DNA of 44,915 nt, from NCBI RefSeq assembly GCF_001194135.2, contig NC_068982.1:17329770-17374684 (forward strand). The letters run 5' to 3'. The position numbers and the translations under genes are program-made. Of this stretch, positions 35,101-44,915 are shown in pieces. This DNA is from Octopus bimaculoides. Taxonomy: Eukaryota. Numbering within the stretch: position 1 is the first letter of the stretch; every line of letters begins with the position of its first letter. Under the pieces are notes generated by a model. It did not search any database and was not told the origin of the DNA. It was given only the letters and a program-made list of their open reading frames with translations.

Positions 35101-35790
35101 AAGAATTTCACTGGTCAAATGCAGCAAGTTTTTCCTGTATCTACAAGGAATCGATACTTTAAAATCGTGTCACAGACAAAAAAGAAAAACAAAAAAATAA
35201 CGTGATGTATCGAAATTTCGCCATGTGATCTAGTCTCACTTAATTCCTGGTTACGCCGTTTTCCCGTGGTTGAGTAGATGAATAGGAAGAACATGGTTGA
35301 ATATACTTGTGTGCATTAACACCAAAACTATTATGATACCAACAAAACAACGTAAGGTCGCCAACGAGGACCGAAAGAACGTTTTCTAGAAGTCCTCCGG
35401 CCACGAGAATTCAAGCGTGTAGAATACCTGGAGAATTTCAACTGTTCGAGCTTATCTGTTAAAGTCTGAATTCTATCTTCTGTTGTACGAAATATTGCCA
35501 ACTCAGAGGAAATAGAAAAGACGAAGGCAAGAGAATAAGCTTTTACATTACCAGTATTTGAAGAGGCAATATCCGTAATACTATCTGCCGACTTGGGTAG
35601 TCAGGCTCTGCTCTCTTATTGGTGTTAAAATGGCTTGCAGATTGGAAGGGAGGTGCGAGAAGAGCACGCTTCATGTGGGTTTATCAATCATTAAGTCTCT
35701 CATTCTTCTCGACAATTGAGAAGGCTTCTTATCTTCTGCAGGTATTCATCAGAGATATCTTTTAAAAATACTGGTGTAGAGTATATTTGT
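32170..35790 (-). mobile_element. Degenerate Ty3/Gypsy LTR retrotransposon internal region (gag-PR-RT-RH-IN)
   Basis: Minus-strand fragments in Gypsy order: gag (KPSQL.RRMR.L, LPSNLQAIL, CWYH.SFG..A.K...PC at about 35790-35300); protease FLVDTG (about 35150); RT (FSKID-like FKIDLVRTYHQI, 34360-34540; LREFLGL); RNase H (IYTDHKPL.YA..S.SDKYS...IEH.DY.SQF); integrase (zinc-binding region ...WARHC, HIHVYIAGPLP, MIERLHRQL, YSGPHRVL). Many stops and frameshifts; no LTRs recognised. Confidence 0.88.
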
Positions 35791-36394
35791 CTTAGATATA
35801 TAGAAAATCTTACATTTTTTGAAGAAAAAAGATTCTGTGATGTTCATGGCTTTCCTACTAAAATTAAGACATGAAAAAGTTGATTTATCAATTATTATTT
35901 CTTACCAAGGAATAGAATTTGAGAATTTTAAGAGTGAGAGGATGGGATGTTATAATACCTACGCCTTTCTCAAAACATTTTTCAGCCTCATAGATCCTCT
36001 AAACCATGAAATCCAAGGATGCTACTGCTTTTCAAATGAAATTATAGAAGATTGGTAGTATAATATTGACTTTGCTCTTTACATTATATCTTCAATAATC
36101 TTCATATGCAATATTGATATTATTATCGTAATCTTGTTATAATATTTTGGAACATTTAAAGATAATTTTTGGCCGGCCTTTTTGATGGAAACTGCAATTA
36201 GGTTGAAATCTGATGTCGACAGACACTACACGAGGAAAATTAGAAATAATGACAGGAACGATGCGCAAAAATCCTAATTCATAAAGGGTGAAATGACAAT
36301 ATAAATATCTAAATTAATTTCTTTAAAAATCCCAAGCCTTCGTGCATCATGTAGTTCTCTCTAGTTACATAACATTAAATTGATGATATATAAA

Positions 36395-38380
36395 TGTGGT
36401 GGCCGGTAAGAAAGTCACAGGAAAAAAGTCATAATGCCATCATATTTATATATGATGGCATTACATGTATGTGAATAAAAATCAGGTTTTGTTCATTTCT
36501 TAAGCACAGTAAGGTAATCAAACAAAAATATTTAAGGCAGACAGACTGGAAACAGCTTACATAATATCGTGGCATTACATGTATATTCAATGTTTTTTTA
36601 TGCTGATGCTTAAGAACAATATTCCATCCGACGCCACAAAGAAACTCTGTTACAGTCTTGTGGTCCTCACGTCGAGCGACACACAAGTTGCGAAGGCGTC
36701 CCTGTAGCTGCACATAGCGTCGACGAACTCTTTGAGAGGAGTTGCCAACAGCATCCTGCTCAATAATGGTGCTTACTGTCGTTTCTTCACGTTGAAACCA
36801 TTCAATGACACGCCAGAGTGAAGGATGGTAGTGACCAACGAGGTCGAAGTATTTATTATTCCACCCTTCGCAGATGTTGTTGGTACGGGCGTTGTTGTTC
36901 ATAGTGGTGTCATGCATATTCCAAAGGTGAGAGGCAAAACATAGGTGGAATGTAACGCATTCTCAGAGGCATCAGGGCATCACTGGACATGGCAACTGGC
37001 TTCTGAATCACTCGAAAGGAGTCAATAATATAAGTACAATCGAAGTATATGAGCAAATCATCGGCTTCAGGTGGATCTTGTGAACTCACAGTTTTGAGGT
37101 ATCTCATACCTTCATTAACGTTTTCTAGGGGCAAAAGAGCTAGAGCATCAATCATGCCACAAAACAAACGAAACTCAGTACTGGTATTATACTGTATTCC
37201 CAAACCCAGTTCCTGGATCTTACGCCAAGTGGACTGCGTAAGATAATAGAAACAACCTTTGCTCTCTACGTCGCGGCCAAACACTGCAAGAACAGCTCTC
37301 AGTACACCATCTTCGAAGTCAGTCACCTCGGTTTGTACATTAATAGAATAGCCTAGGTCTGCACACTTATCAACTATAGCCTGAAAGAGATCTTCGTTGG
37401 TGATACGAGTCTAGTTTGGAAGAAGAGCTGTATACTGAAGTACCAGCAGTATCACCGAAAGGGACACGGATGAAACAGATCTGTTTGAAAATATTTGGAG
37501 CCATAGCAAAGTTGCCATTCATATATATACAGGGTCGGATTAAGACCCATCGAGGCCCTAAGCACATAAATGATTTTGGTGCCCCCCCCCCCAAGATTAT
37601 GTAATTCAAAATATAAACAATAACAAACCATAAAATAATTTTTTATTTTTCAAAACAGAACAAAACAGTAAGAGGGAAAATAATGTTTATTTTTGTATAC
37701 TTCCACTTTATTTCTATTTGAAAAGTTTCCTCCTACATTTTTTGAATTGCGAAGTCTTTAATCAGATCCTCAGAATTAATCTTAGGTAACACATCTGCAC
37801 CTATACTTAGTAGAGATAAAGGCATCCTGAATATTGTTTTAACAAGTTTAAAGTGATTTTTTTAATGCCGTAAACCATTTACTATACCTGTGGTGCCCCT
37901 TCCTTCCTTTGATGCCCTAAGCACGTGCTTATTTTGCTTAACGGTTAATTCAGTGCTGCATATATAGAGTATCAGCACCAGCAGGGAGTCTGAGGCCATC
38001 ATAGTACCAAACACTAGAATGCGGTTGTTTGCATTCGGTCCGTTATCACAGAGTAAAAACTCTTCGGGATTAAGACCAACTGTCATAGTGTAGTGAGTAG
38101 GAAGTTTACTAGGATCTTTTAGCAAACGTGATACAGGCAGAGTAGGCCGTAGGTTGCGCAGAGTTCGTAACTCATTAATTTACCATCAATTCTGCATATT
38201 CCTTTACAGAGACTGATTGACATATTAACCTTAAAAAAGTGAGAATTCGAGAGTTAACATTTCTATTAAAGAAAGACGCAGAAAGAGTGTCTTTTTTTTT
38301 TTTCCTGTGACTTTTTTTCATGGATTCATAAATCTTCTCCAGGATAGAACACTAGTCTATCGTATATAACTTTTCCCACC
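36395..38380 (-). mobile_element. Degenerate Mutator-like (MULE) DNA transposon, interrupted by a hAT insertion
   Basis: Transposase fragments EEFLLCDNGP...RILVFGT, LYM(N)GNFAMAPNIFKQ, TDFEDG...GCFY.LTQSTWRKIQELGL and RTNNICEGWNN. A 17-bp inverted match, aaagtcacaggaaaaaa (36411-36427) vs ttttttcctgtgacttt (38298-38314), is a TIR remnant. Outer ends approximate. Confidence 0.85.
37530..37958 (-). mobile_element. Non-autonomous hAT element (429 bp) with imperfect TIRs and an 8-bp TSD
   Basis: Ends CAGGGTCGGATTAA and TTAATTCAGTGCTG. Right flank CATATATA, left flank CATATATA+TA. Internal minus-strand peptide LSLLSIGADVLPKINSEDLIKDFA resembles the C-terminus of hAT (ZMYM1-like) transposases. Confidence 0.8.
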
Positions 38381-38811
38381 AGAAGAATTTGACTCAACGC
38401 CGCAAGTCAACGATATATTCGTTAAATCCACAGTATTGTTGTTATTTGCATTGGAGATCCATACCAGTCACTGTACAAAGACGCTCAGATGACGGAAGCT
38501 ACCATCGCAACGACTGCAACCGGATCTACAAATCTCGGACGAGTTTTCACATGAGACGACAAGACAAAACATTGAACTAAGAACATTTTGTAGCTGTGTC
38601 TTGCCGAACTTTCATTCGTCAAAACGCAAGAGTCCAACAACAACAACAGTCTAGAAAGCAGTATATTTTTGGACCGGTTCGGCGAAGACTCGGGAACAGA
38701 AGACCAATTGAAAAGCTGTCCTATGATTTCATAAATTCTGGAGTTTTAAATCGTGGGTAATTATTTACATGCTACACCGCCTGATTCGTTCACCGGTATC
38801 GACAAGCAGCG
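38380..38811 (+). promoter_or_regulatory. Putative PIGS promoter/5'UTR region
   Basis: Unique, CpG-enriched sequence directly upstream of the candidate start codon, followed by an AT-rich intron. TSS not located. Confidence 0.45.
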
Positions 38812-38839
38812 ATGAATAAAAATAAGCGTCTCGAGAAAG
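38812..38839 (+). CDS. PIGS: PIGS-like candidate exon 1 (MNKNKRLEK + 1 nt)
   Basis: ATG in a CpG-enriched, promoter-like segment. Donor AAG|gtaaaa is phase 1, which matches the phase of the exon at 42924 (G+AG = Glu). Too short to confirm by homology. Confidence 0.6.
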
Positions 38840-39192
38840 GTAAAAACAATCTAATTTCTTTTATTTACAAGTCATATAATTTCTAAAAAGGTGCTATTTC
38901 TATTTTTCTGTACTTCGTTATATTTTTGAAAATTATAAAGTATGTTAAAATAAATTTGAATAGAGATATTTTGCGGATATTTTCATCATGCGAAGTAAAA
39001 TAATGTAATTTCAAATGTTAAACCTGCATATTAAAGTAAATGATTGTTACCGCTCCTATGAAAGCTATACAAATCGTTTTATTGTAAATCTATTATTTAC
39101 CCTGGATACCATAACTGTCCTGTCGCATTATTCAGCAGTTTATGCTTGTTTGACATTTTTTAGAGCCTAATTTTCTCTCTCTTTCTTTCTTG

Positions 39193-39228
<36 letters not shown>

Positions 39229-39989
39229 TTCACACACAAATATATCGTCTGCAAAAGAGAGTAAAGGAAATATATAAAAATAAACCTCTCAGTCTAACGG
39301 GTTATCTGATAGCAAAGATAAAACACCCGATATCGTCATATAAATGAAAGCCTGTCGCATCTTTTGCTCTTCTCGAAGATATGTAAATGTTGCGAAATAG
39401 CTTTTAGATATATATATAATACATCAACAAATATCACATATTTGGACGGGTGTAACTTGAAATAGGATATGGCTATAATTTATAGCTGGTGGACCTTTGA
39501 TCTTCGTTTGCCTGTTCGATCAGGGCTGAGTAGGGGACTAAACAACAGTAACTTTAAGAGATAGTTTTCAGAATGGTTGCGTTTAGGAAAATTACTGCGG
39601 AATTCGTCAGAGATGACATCTGTTCATCTGTTATGGATGTACTGTATTTAAATACACAATATATATCAGGGGGAAATGGAAAATCGTCCGCCGCGGCTAG
39701 CGAGAACGCCAAATGTATTTTGGCCTCGTTGGACCTTATCAAAGACGTGTACTCATGTATATATGTATGTCATTGTTCAGTTTTATTTCAAGATTTTCTT
39801 GCCAATAGAGAAAGAACCGGTTTCTAACCTAGATCCAAGGTTCCTTCGTTGGAATTTCAACATCAACAACAGGCTATGTATGTATGTATGTATGTGCAGA
39901 TTTGTATATTTTATAAATGTATTCTTATGCATATAGTTGCATATCTAGACGTTCTTATATATATGTTTAAATGATAAACTTCTGGAAAG

Positions 39990-40900
39990 TTTTACAAATT
40001 TTTACAGTTCTAGTGATGGATTGGATCTGTAGTCTTTGAATTAGCCTTCTGTCTGATTTTGAGAATCCTAATTTCTCAAGATTGGTATTTAGGCAGTGTG
40101 TTACATATCCCAGGGCTCCAATAATTACAGGTATAACCCTGAACTTGTAGTCTGAATAGAGTAACTACAGATTTCTCTATAGTTCAGCATAGGTGTTCTC
40201 TTTTTCGTTTATCTTCAGCTTTATGTTAACATCTGTTGGACAGGTAATTTCCAATTCTGTGCACAGTTTCTCTTCTCTATCCCAAATCATATCAGGTCTG
40301 TTGTGCTTACATTTTATTGAGGCCTTCACTGGGACATTCCCCCAATATCCCTTTTTATTATGAGTGGCTATGGCTTCTACCGTATTGTGGGTTCTTATTT
40401 CTTTGTCCTCAAGATTATTCTTCTGACAGATTTCATTATAGAGTGTCCTAGCTACAACATCATGTCTCATTGGTAAATAATACTGTGATGACATTTTCGG
40501 ACAACTGCTTATGATGTGGGTGATGTCTTCAGTGTGAACTCCACAAAGTCTGCATCGGTTGTCACATTTTACTGCTTTTCCTGCATCTCTATCCCTTTTG
40601 TGCATCAGGTACTTGGTTGATATTTCCTGTTCCTGGATTGCAAACATATACCCTTCAAAAGTGGGAGGTAGTAATCTGGTTATTGGTCCATGATAAACTG
40701 CTTTGATGATCGATGTTACTATTATCATGGAGCTGTCTTCTAACATATCCATGCGTAGTCTTCTGCTCAAATAGGCTCATCCTTTCATCTGATGATACAT
40801 TACGGTAGAGTGGTGCGACTTTTTTGGGCATGTATTCTAGGTTATCAGACAAAGAGTGTTTGCTCAAGGAGCTGCTTTCCAAGTCTTATGACGTTATCAG
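39990..40900 (-). mobile_element. 5'-truncated non-LTR retrotransposon with a restriction-like endonuclease (R4/NeSL-type) in PIGS intron 1
   Basis: CCHC finger CRLCG...EDITHIISSC, RHDVV, PD-(D/E)xK core HNRPD..IWD.......EITCP, KE..YAEL, then VIPVIIGALG in the next frame. Confidence 0.85.
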
Positions 40901-42923
40901 CCCCTTTAGAATCACTTCGCAGACCCCAGTTTGAGAACCAGTGGTCTAGCCAATGGAAAGCGGACACTAAATGATGATGATATGTATGTATATGTTATTT
41001 AGTAATAGAAGCAGGGCATAGTACCAGAATTTTCAACTCAAATCAAATATAACAAACAACTGCTAATTGTTGTTTGAATATCTCTGTAAGTGGAGTCTGA
41101 ACAGGCTGCTTTGCACAGGCATTGAGTCTATCATTTAATATGTATGTTTCTGGTCTGTGTAATATATCAATTATGTAAGATCTTTCTCAGTTGAAATGTT
41201 TCAATATATATGGCCAAAACAGTAAGTCAGCTACTAAGTTATGAAGATGAATATGTATAGAGAGGGAGAAAGCGAGAGGAAAGAAAAGATATATAAAGTG
41301 AGGTAGTGGTGAAAGGAAAGATAGGAAGATGTGTGAGTGAATAGTATTGAAAAAAAAAAAAAAGGGATGGTTGTATCTGTAGGTTTACATGCAAAATCTG
41401 GAAAAGGACAAAGAGCAGAGAATTGAAAAAGTCATAAATATGAGGCAGTAGATGGGGAAGAAACAAACCAGGTGTCATAGTATGTGTGTGTGTGTACTGA
41501 TGTTGAGCTGTTGTTGCATGTTAGACTAGTCTAGCTCTCTGTTGAGTCCATCATGAGAATCTCTCACCACATGCCTTTGACACGGTGAGGCAGGCAGTGT
41601 TGTGTAGTGGCTGTGGCCTAAAGGTTTGTGGTAGTGCTACATTAAAAGCACTCATTCCACTATGTAAGGTGTCTGGTGTTAGGAAGTGTATCCAGCCATA
41701 AAAACCCTACCAAAACAGACAGTGAAGCCTGGTGCAGTCTTCTGCTTAGCCAGCCCCTGTCAGGCTGTCCAACCCATGCCAGCATGGAAAAATGGACGTT
41801 AAAAGATGATGATGATGATGAAAGAATTAAGGACAGATACTTTCCTGTTTGGTGATGACCTCATTGACTTTTTGAAGTTCAACTTGGAGAAGAAAACAAA
41901 AGTGATGAGGGAATGGCTCTCTCCCAGTGAATTTGTCAAAAAGTGGTTGACTGGCAAAAATGGCTAGGGTGAATGGAACTACTCTAAGCATGCCCTTATA
42001 AATCAGAGAAAACAGCTGGGTAAGGGCTTATGCCCTTGGTGGTCAGGGCAATCATAGATCTGTGAGGTTTCTTGACTGATCCCTTGGAGGCTCTTGTTTC
42101 AGGAGGACTACATCAGCCATGTCTTCTCATATTTCTTGCTTAGAATATATATTTTTATCCTGCCCACGACTCTTCTCTTTTTAAGTTCTGTATTTAAGAG
42201 ATGAGGAATTATGTACATTATTTACATCTTGTTTGTTGTTAACACAACGTTTTGGCTGATATATCCTTCAGCCTTCATCATGTTGGAAAGAAGAGCTTTA
42301 CAAACACAAGCGTTTCACATATTAATGAAGAGGCAACACAAGATTTGGTGAAGTGGCTGGCCATGCTATGGATATAAACCAATGGGGGAAGTGAACTGGC
42401 CAATGTTACACATCATCATTATCGTTGTTTAACGTCCACTTTCCATGCTGGCATGGGTTTGACTGAGGACTGGCAGGCAGGGAGGCTGCACTAGGCTCCA
42501 ATCTGATTTGGCAAGGTTTCTACAGCTGGATGCCCTTCCTAATGCTAACCACTCTGAGAGTGTAGTGGGTGCTTTTTATGTGCCACTTGTATGGGAGCCA
42601 TTCAGGTGGAGCTGACATTGGCCATTCTTGAATGATGCTTTTTATGTGCCACTGGTAAACTGTGACCTGTCCACTGACAAAATTCCATGCTGCATCATGA
42701 CAAATTAAATTTGAATATTGAAGTGTATCTAACAGTTTTTGTGTGACTTTAAATGGCTTATAAACACCTTCTACACTGCAATTGTTTATACATATTGTAT
42801 TCTTTAAACACCTTTTAATTTCTTTTTGCAGGTGGCACTGGCATCGGCCACAACTAGGATTTCCTTCCAACAATGGTCATACGTTTAAACTTAAAGAAGT
42901 AATTCTTATTTTTATATTCACAG

Positions 42924-43063
42924 AGAAAGCCACTCAGGCATATGCAGCTCTTGGAATTGGTTTGATCTGTGTGTTTTTTGGTATTCCGCTTTGGTGGAAG
43001 ACAACTGAGGTATACAGAGTACCGTTACCTTATGATGAAATTGAAGCACTGACCGATACCAAG
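42924..43063 (+). CDS. PIGS: PIGS-like GPI transamidase subunit exon 2 (EKATQAYAALGIGLICVFFGIPLWWKTTEVYRVPLPYDEIEALTDTK)
   Basis: ttcacag acceptor, gtatgc donor, 140 nt, phase 1/0. First TM helix followed by the PIG-S hallmark G.PLWWKTT..YR..LPY..I. Confidence 0.92.
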
Positions 43064-44315
43064 GTATGCAGTATTTGTTGTTGTCATTGTCCATTGAATG
43101 TTTCTTGACAAGCTGTATCATCTTATGATGCTAGTGTTACTAGTTTAAGGACTAATATCCTGTTAACGACATTAATTTTAGTTTTCTCTTGGTTGTTGAA
43201 AGTTTCTATGTTGTAAGACGACCTTAGATCTTATATAGATTAAGTATTCCAATTATAGTTTTTTTGTCAACCTTGAAACCAGTTGCTCTGAGAGAGAAGG
43301 AAGAAAATTTATGAAGTAATAAAATATCTTGAAAGTGTTTCTCTCCATACATTAATCATATCAAAATCAATGACCAAAAGTTGGCAACTAAATCATGTTT
43401 TTCACTGTTTTCTTCCTTGTCTATTCCTCAATGTTGCTCACCCACCTCTGTAATATACCATATTTTAAAGGCAGATTAAAAAATATGTATTTTTCCATTG
43501 CTCAGTCAAAGGAAGGAGGATAGGACCCATATCCTTTTTAGTCCGAAGAAGTTGTCCTCAAACTGGAGATTTGGCCTGAATGCTTGGAACAGAATTGACT
43601 CTGTTGAAGGTACTTGAGGACCAGATGGTGGTTTTTATATCAGGTGATGAATTAAATCTTCCACTCTAGAACAGGAATGGCGTCTTTGACTGCGTTCCAC
43701 ATAGTTTCTGTTTACCAAATTTCTGTTGGAAGGCTTTTGTCAACCTGAAGCTATGATTGTCGATACTGCTGCATAGAGGGACTGAACCTGAACTCCATGA
43801 CAACACAGCCATGTCTAAACCCCTTATCTGAAGTGAATTTAGGAAGTTTGAAGTAAATTTTGAGCTTCTGAGATAAAGGAACTTTGCTTTGAGACATTGA
43901 CAAATGCTCTTATGACATGGAAAAACCAGTTTTAATAATGATTTTATAAGTGTTTTTCTCTTTGCTGTTGTCTTGTATCTGTAAAGTATGAGAACTTTTA
44001 TGTGTGGTTATCTGAACAGAAACTCTAGATATCATTCTGCCTTAAATGTCTGTGTGTCACCACACCTGCATAGAAACGTGTATACACATGAATGAACAAG
44101 GCCACTTCTACTTGATCTTTTGATCTACTAGAAATAGTTACCACATCACCCTCATATCACACTGACTATCTTATGAAAGACACAACATTGCATGTAGATA
44201 CTATGCCTGAATAAAATATTGGGTGATCATGGCTGGTATGCTTTGGACATAAGTGTGCTGGTTTAGGACTGACCTGGGGTTAAACCACACCACAATAACA
44301 TATATGTACACTCAC

Positions 44316-44358
<43 letters not shown>

Positions 44359-44448
44359 CCTAAGAAGGCTTACCTGATTATCTTTATACATATTTNNNNN
44401 NNNNNCATAGCAAGTAACCTAATCTGAAATCGTCTGTTGAAACAAAGA

Positions 44449-44680
44449 CAATTGTAGTGTGGAGAGTGTTTATAAGCCATTTAAAAACACAAAAAACGTT
44501 AGATTCACTTCAATATTTAAATTTAATTTGTCAAAATATTTTTGTAGCTTTGAAACTGCGACCTGTTTACTGACAAAATTCTGTGCTGCATCGTGACAAA
44601 TTAAATTTGAGTATTGAAGTGAATCTAACGATTTTTGTGTGATTTTAAATGGCTTATAAACACCTTCCACGCTGCAATTG
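44449..44680. repeat. Long palindrome (arms 44449-44533 and 44594-44680), probably a MITE. A one-arm copy lies at about 42663-42810
   Basis: The arms align as reverse complements over about 85 bp with few mismatches. 44559-44708 aligns directly to 42663-42810. Confidence 0.85.
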
Positions 44681-44704
44681 TTTATACATATTGTATTCTT
44701 TAAA

Positions 44705-44735
<31 letters not shown>

Positions 44736-44915
44736 GTTTAACGTCCGCTTTCCATGCTAGCATGGGTTGGACGATTTGACTGAGGACTGGTGAAACCGGA
44801 TGGCAACACCAGGCTCCAATCTAATTTGGCAGAGTTTCTACAGCTGGATGCCCTTCCTAACGCCAACCACTCAGAGAGTGTAGTGGGTGCTTTTACGTGT
44901 CACCCGCACGAAAAC
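44705..44915 (-). mobile_element. Retroposon family D, minus-strand copy running off the window. Other - copies at about 10020-10310, 20500-20790, 22370-22690, 28135-28430 and 42410-42660
   Basis: (CAT)n followed by cgtttaacgtccgctttccatgctagcatgggttgg...ggatgcccttcctaacgccaacc. Confidence 0.8.

Noticed and set aside
36429-37326. Domesticated or active transposase gene
   Set aside because: Frameshifts, stops, the D>N change at the first catalytic position and the hAT insertion indicate a dead element.
42830-42885. Extra PIGS exon after tttttgcag at about 42830
   Set aside because: The sequence is a family D fragment (gtggcactggcatcggcca) with no good donor. The candidate exon 1 already joins 42924 in phase.

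Overview
AT-rich, repeat-dense animal genomic DNA with four assembly gaps. The SINE content and (TA)n/(CA)n/(GA)n load look like an octopod cephalopod; this is an inference and was not checked. Gene 1 (+ strand): 15 coding exons, 2686-29001, of an FHIP2A/FAM160B1-like gene (FTS-Hook-FHIP complex). All splice phases chain correctly from SPPGMKQ... to the stop after ...VITRLSL, and the 5' exons lie outside the window. The chain includes a 33-nt frame-preserving microexon (23980-24012) flanked by RBFOX-type TGCATG motifs; read-through of its donor gives TGG-TAA, so it may also serve as an alternative last exon. Gene 2 (+ strand): a PIGS-like GPI transamidase subunit, with candidate exon 1 at 38812-38839 and exon 2 at 42924-43063. 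Between the genes is a transposon graveyard: a decayed Gypsy gag-pol, and a Mutator-like transposase split at its first catalytic-Asp position by a 429-bp hAT element with a recoverable 8-bp TSD. PIGS intron 1 holds an RLE-type LINE fragment. Introns carry at least four SINE-like families, piggyBac-like MITEs, two long near-perfect palindromes and many inverted repeat pairs, which are potential dsRNA/ADAR/back-splicing substrates. No CRISPR array, rRNA or true tRNA gene is supported. I found no clearly new multi-gene system. The best leads are the regulated microexon/alternative C-terminus and the intronic dsRNA architecture.
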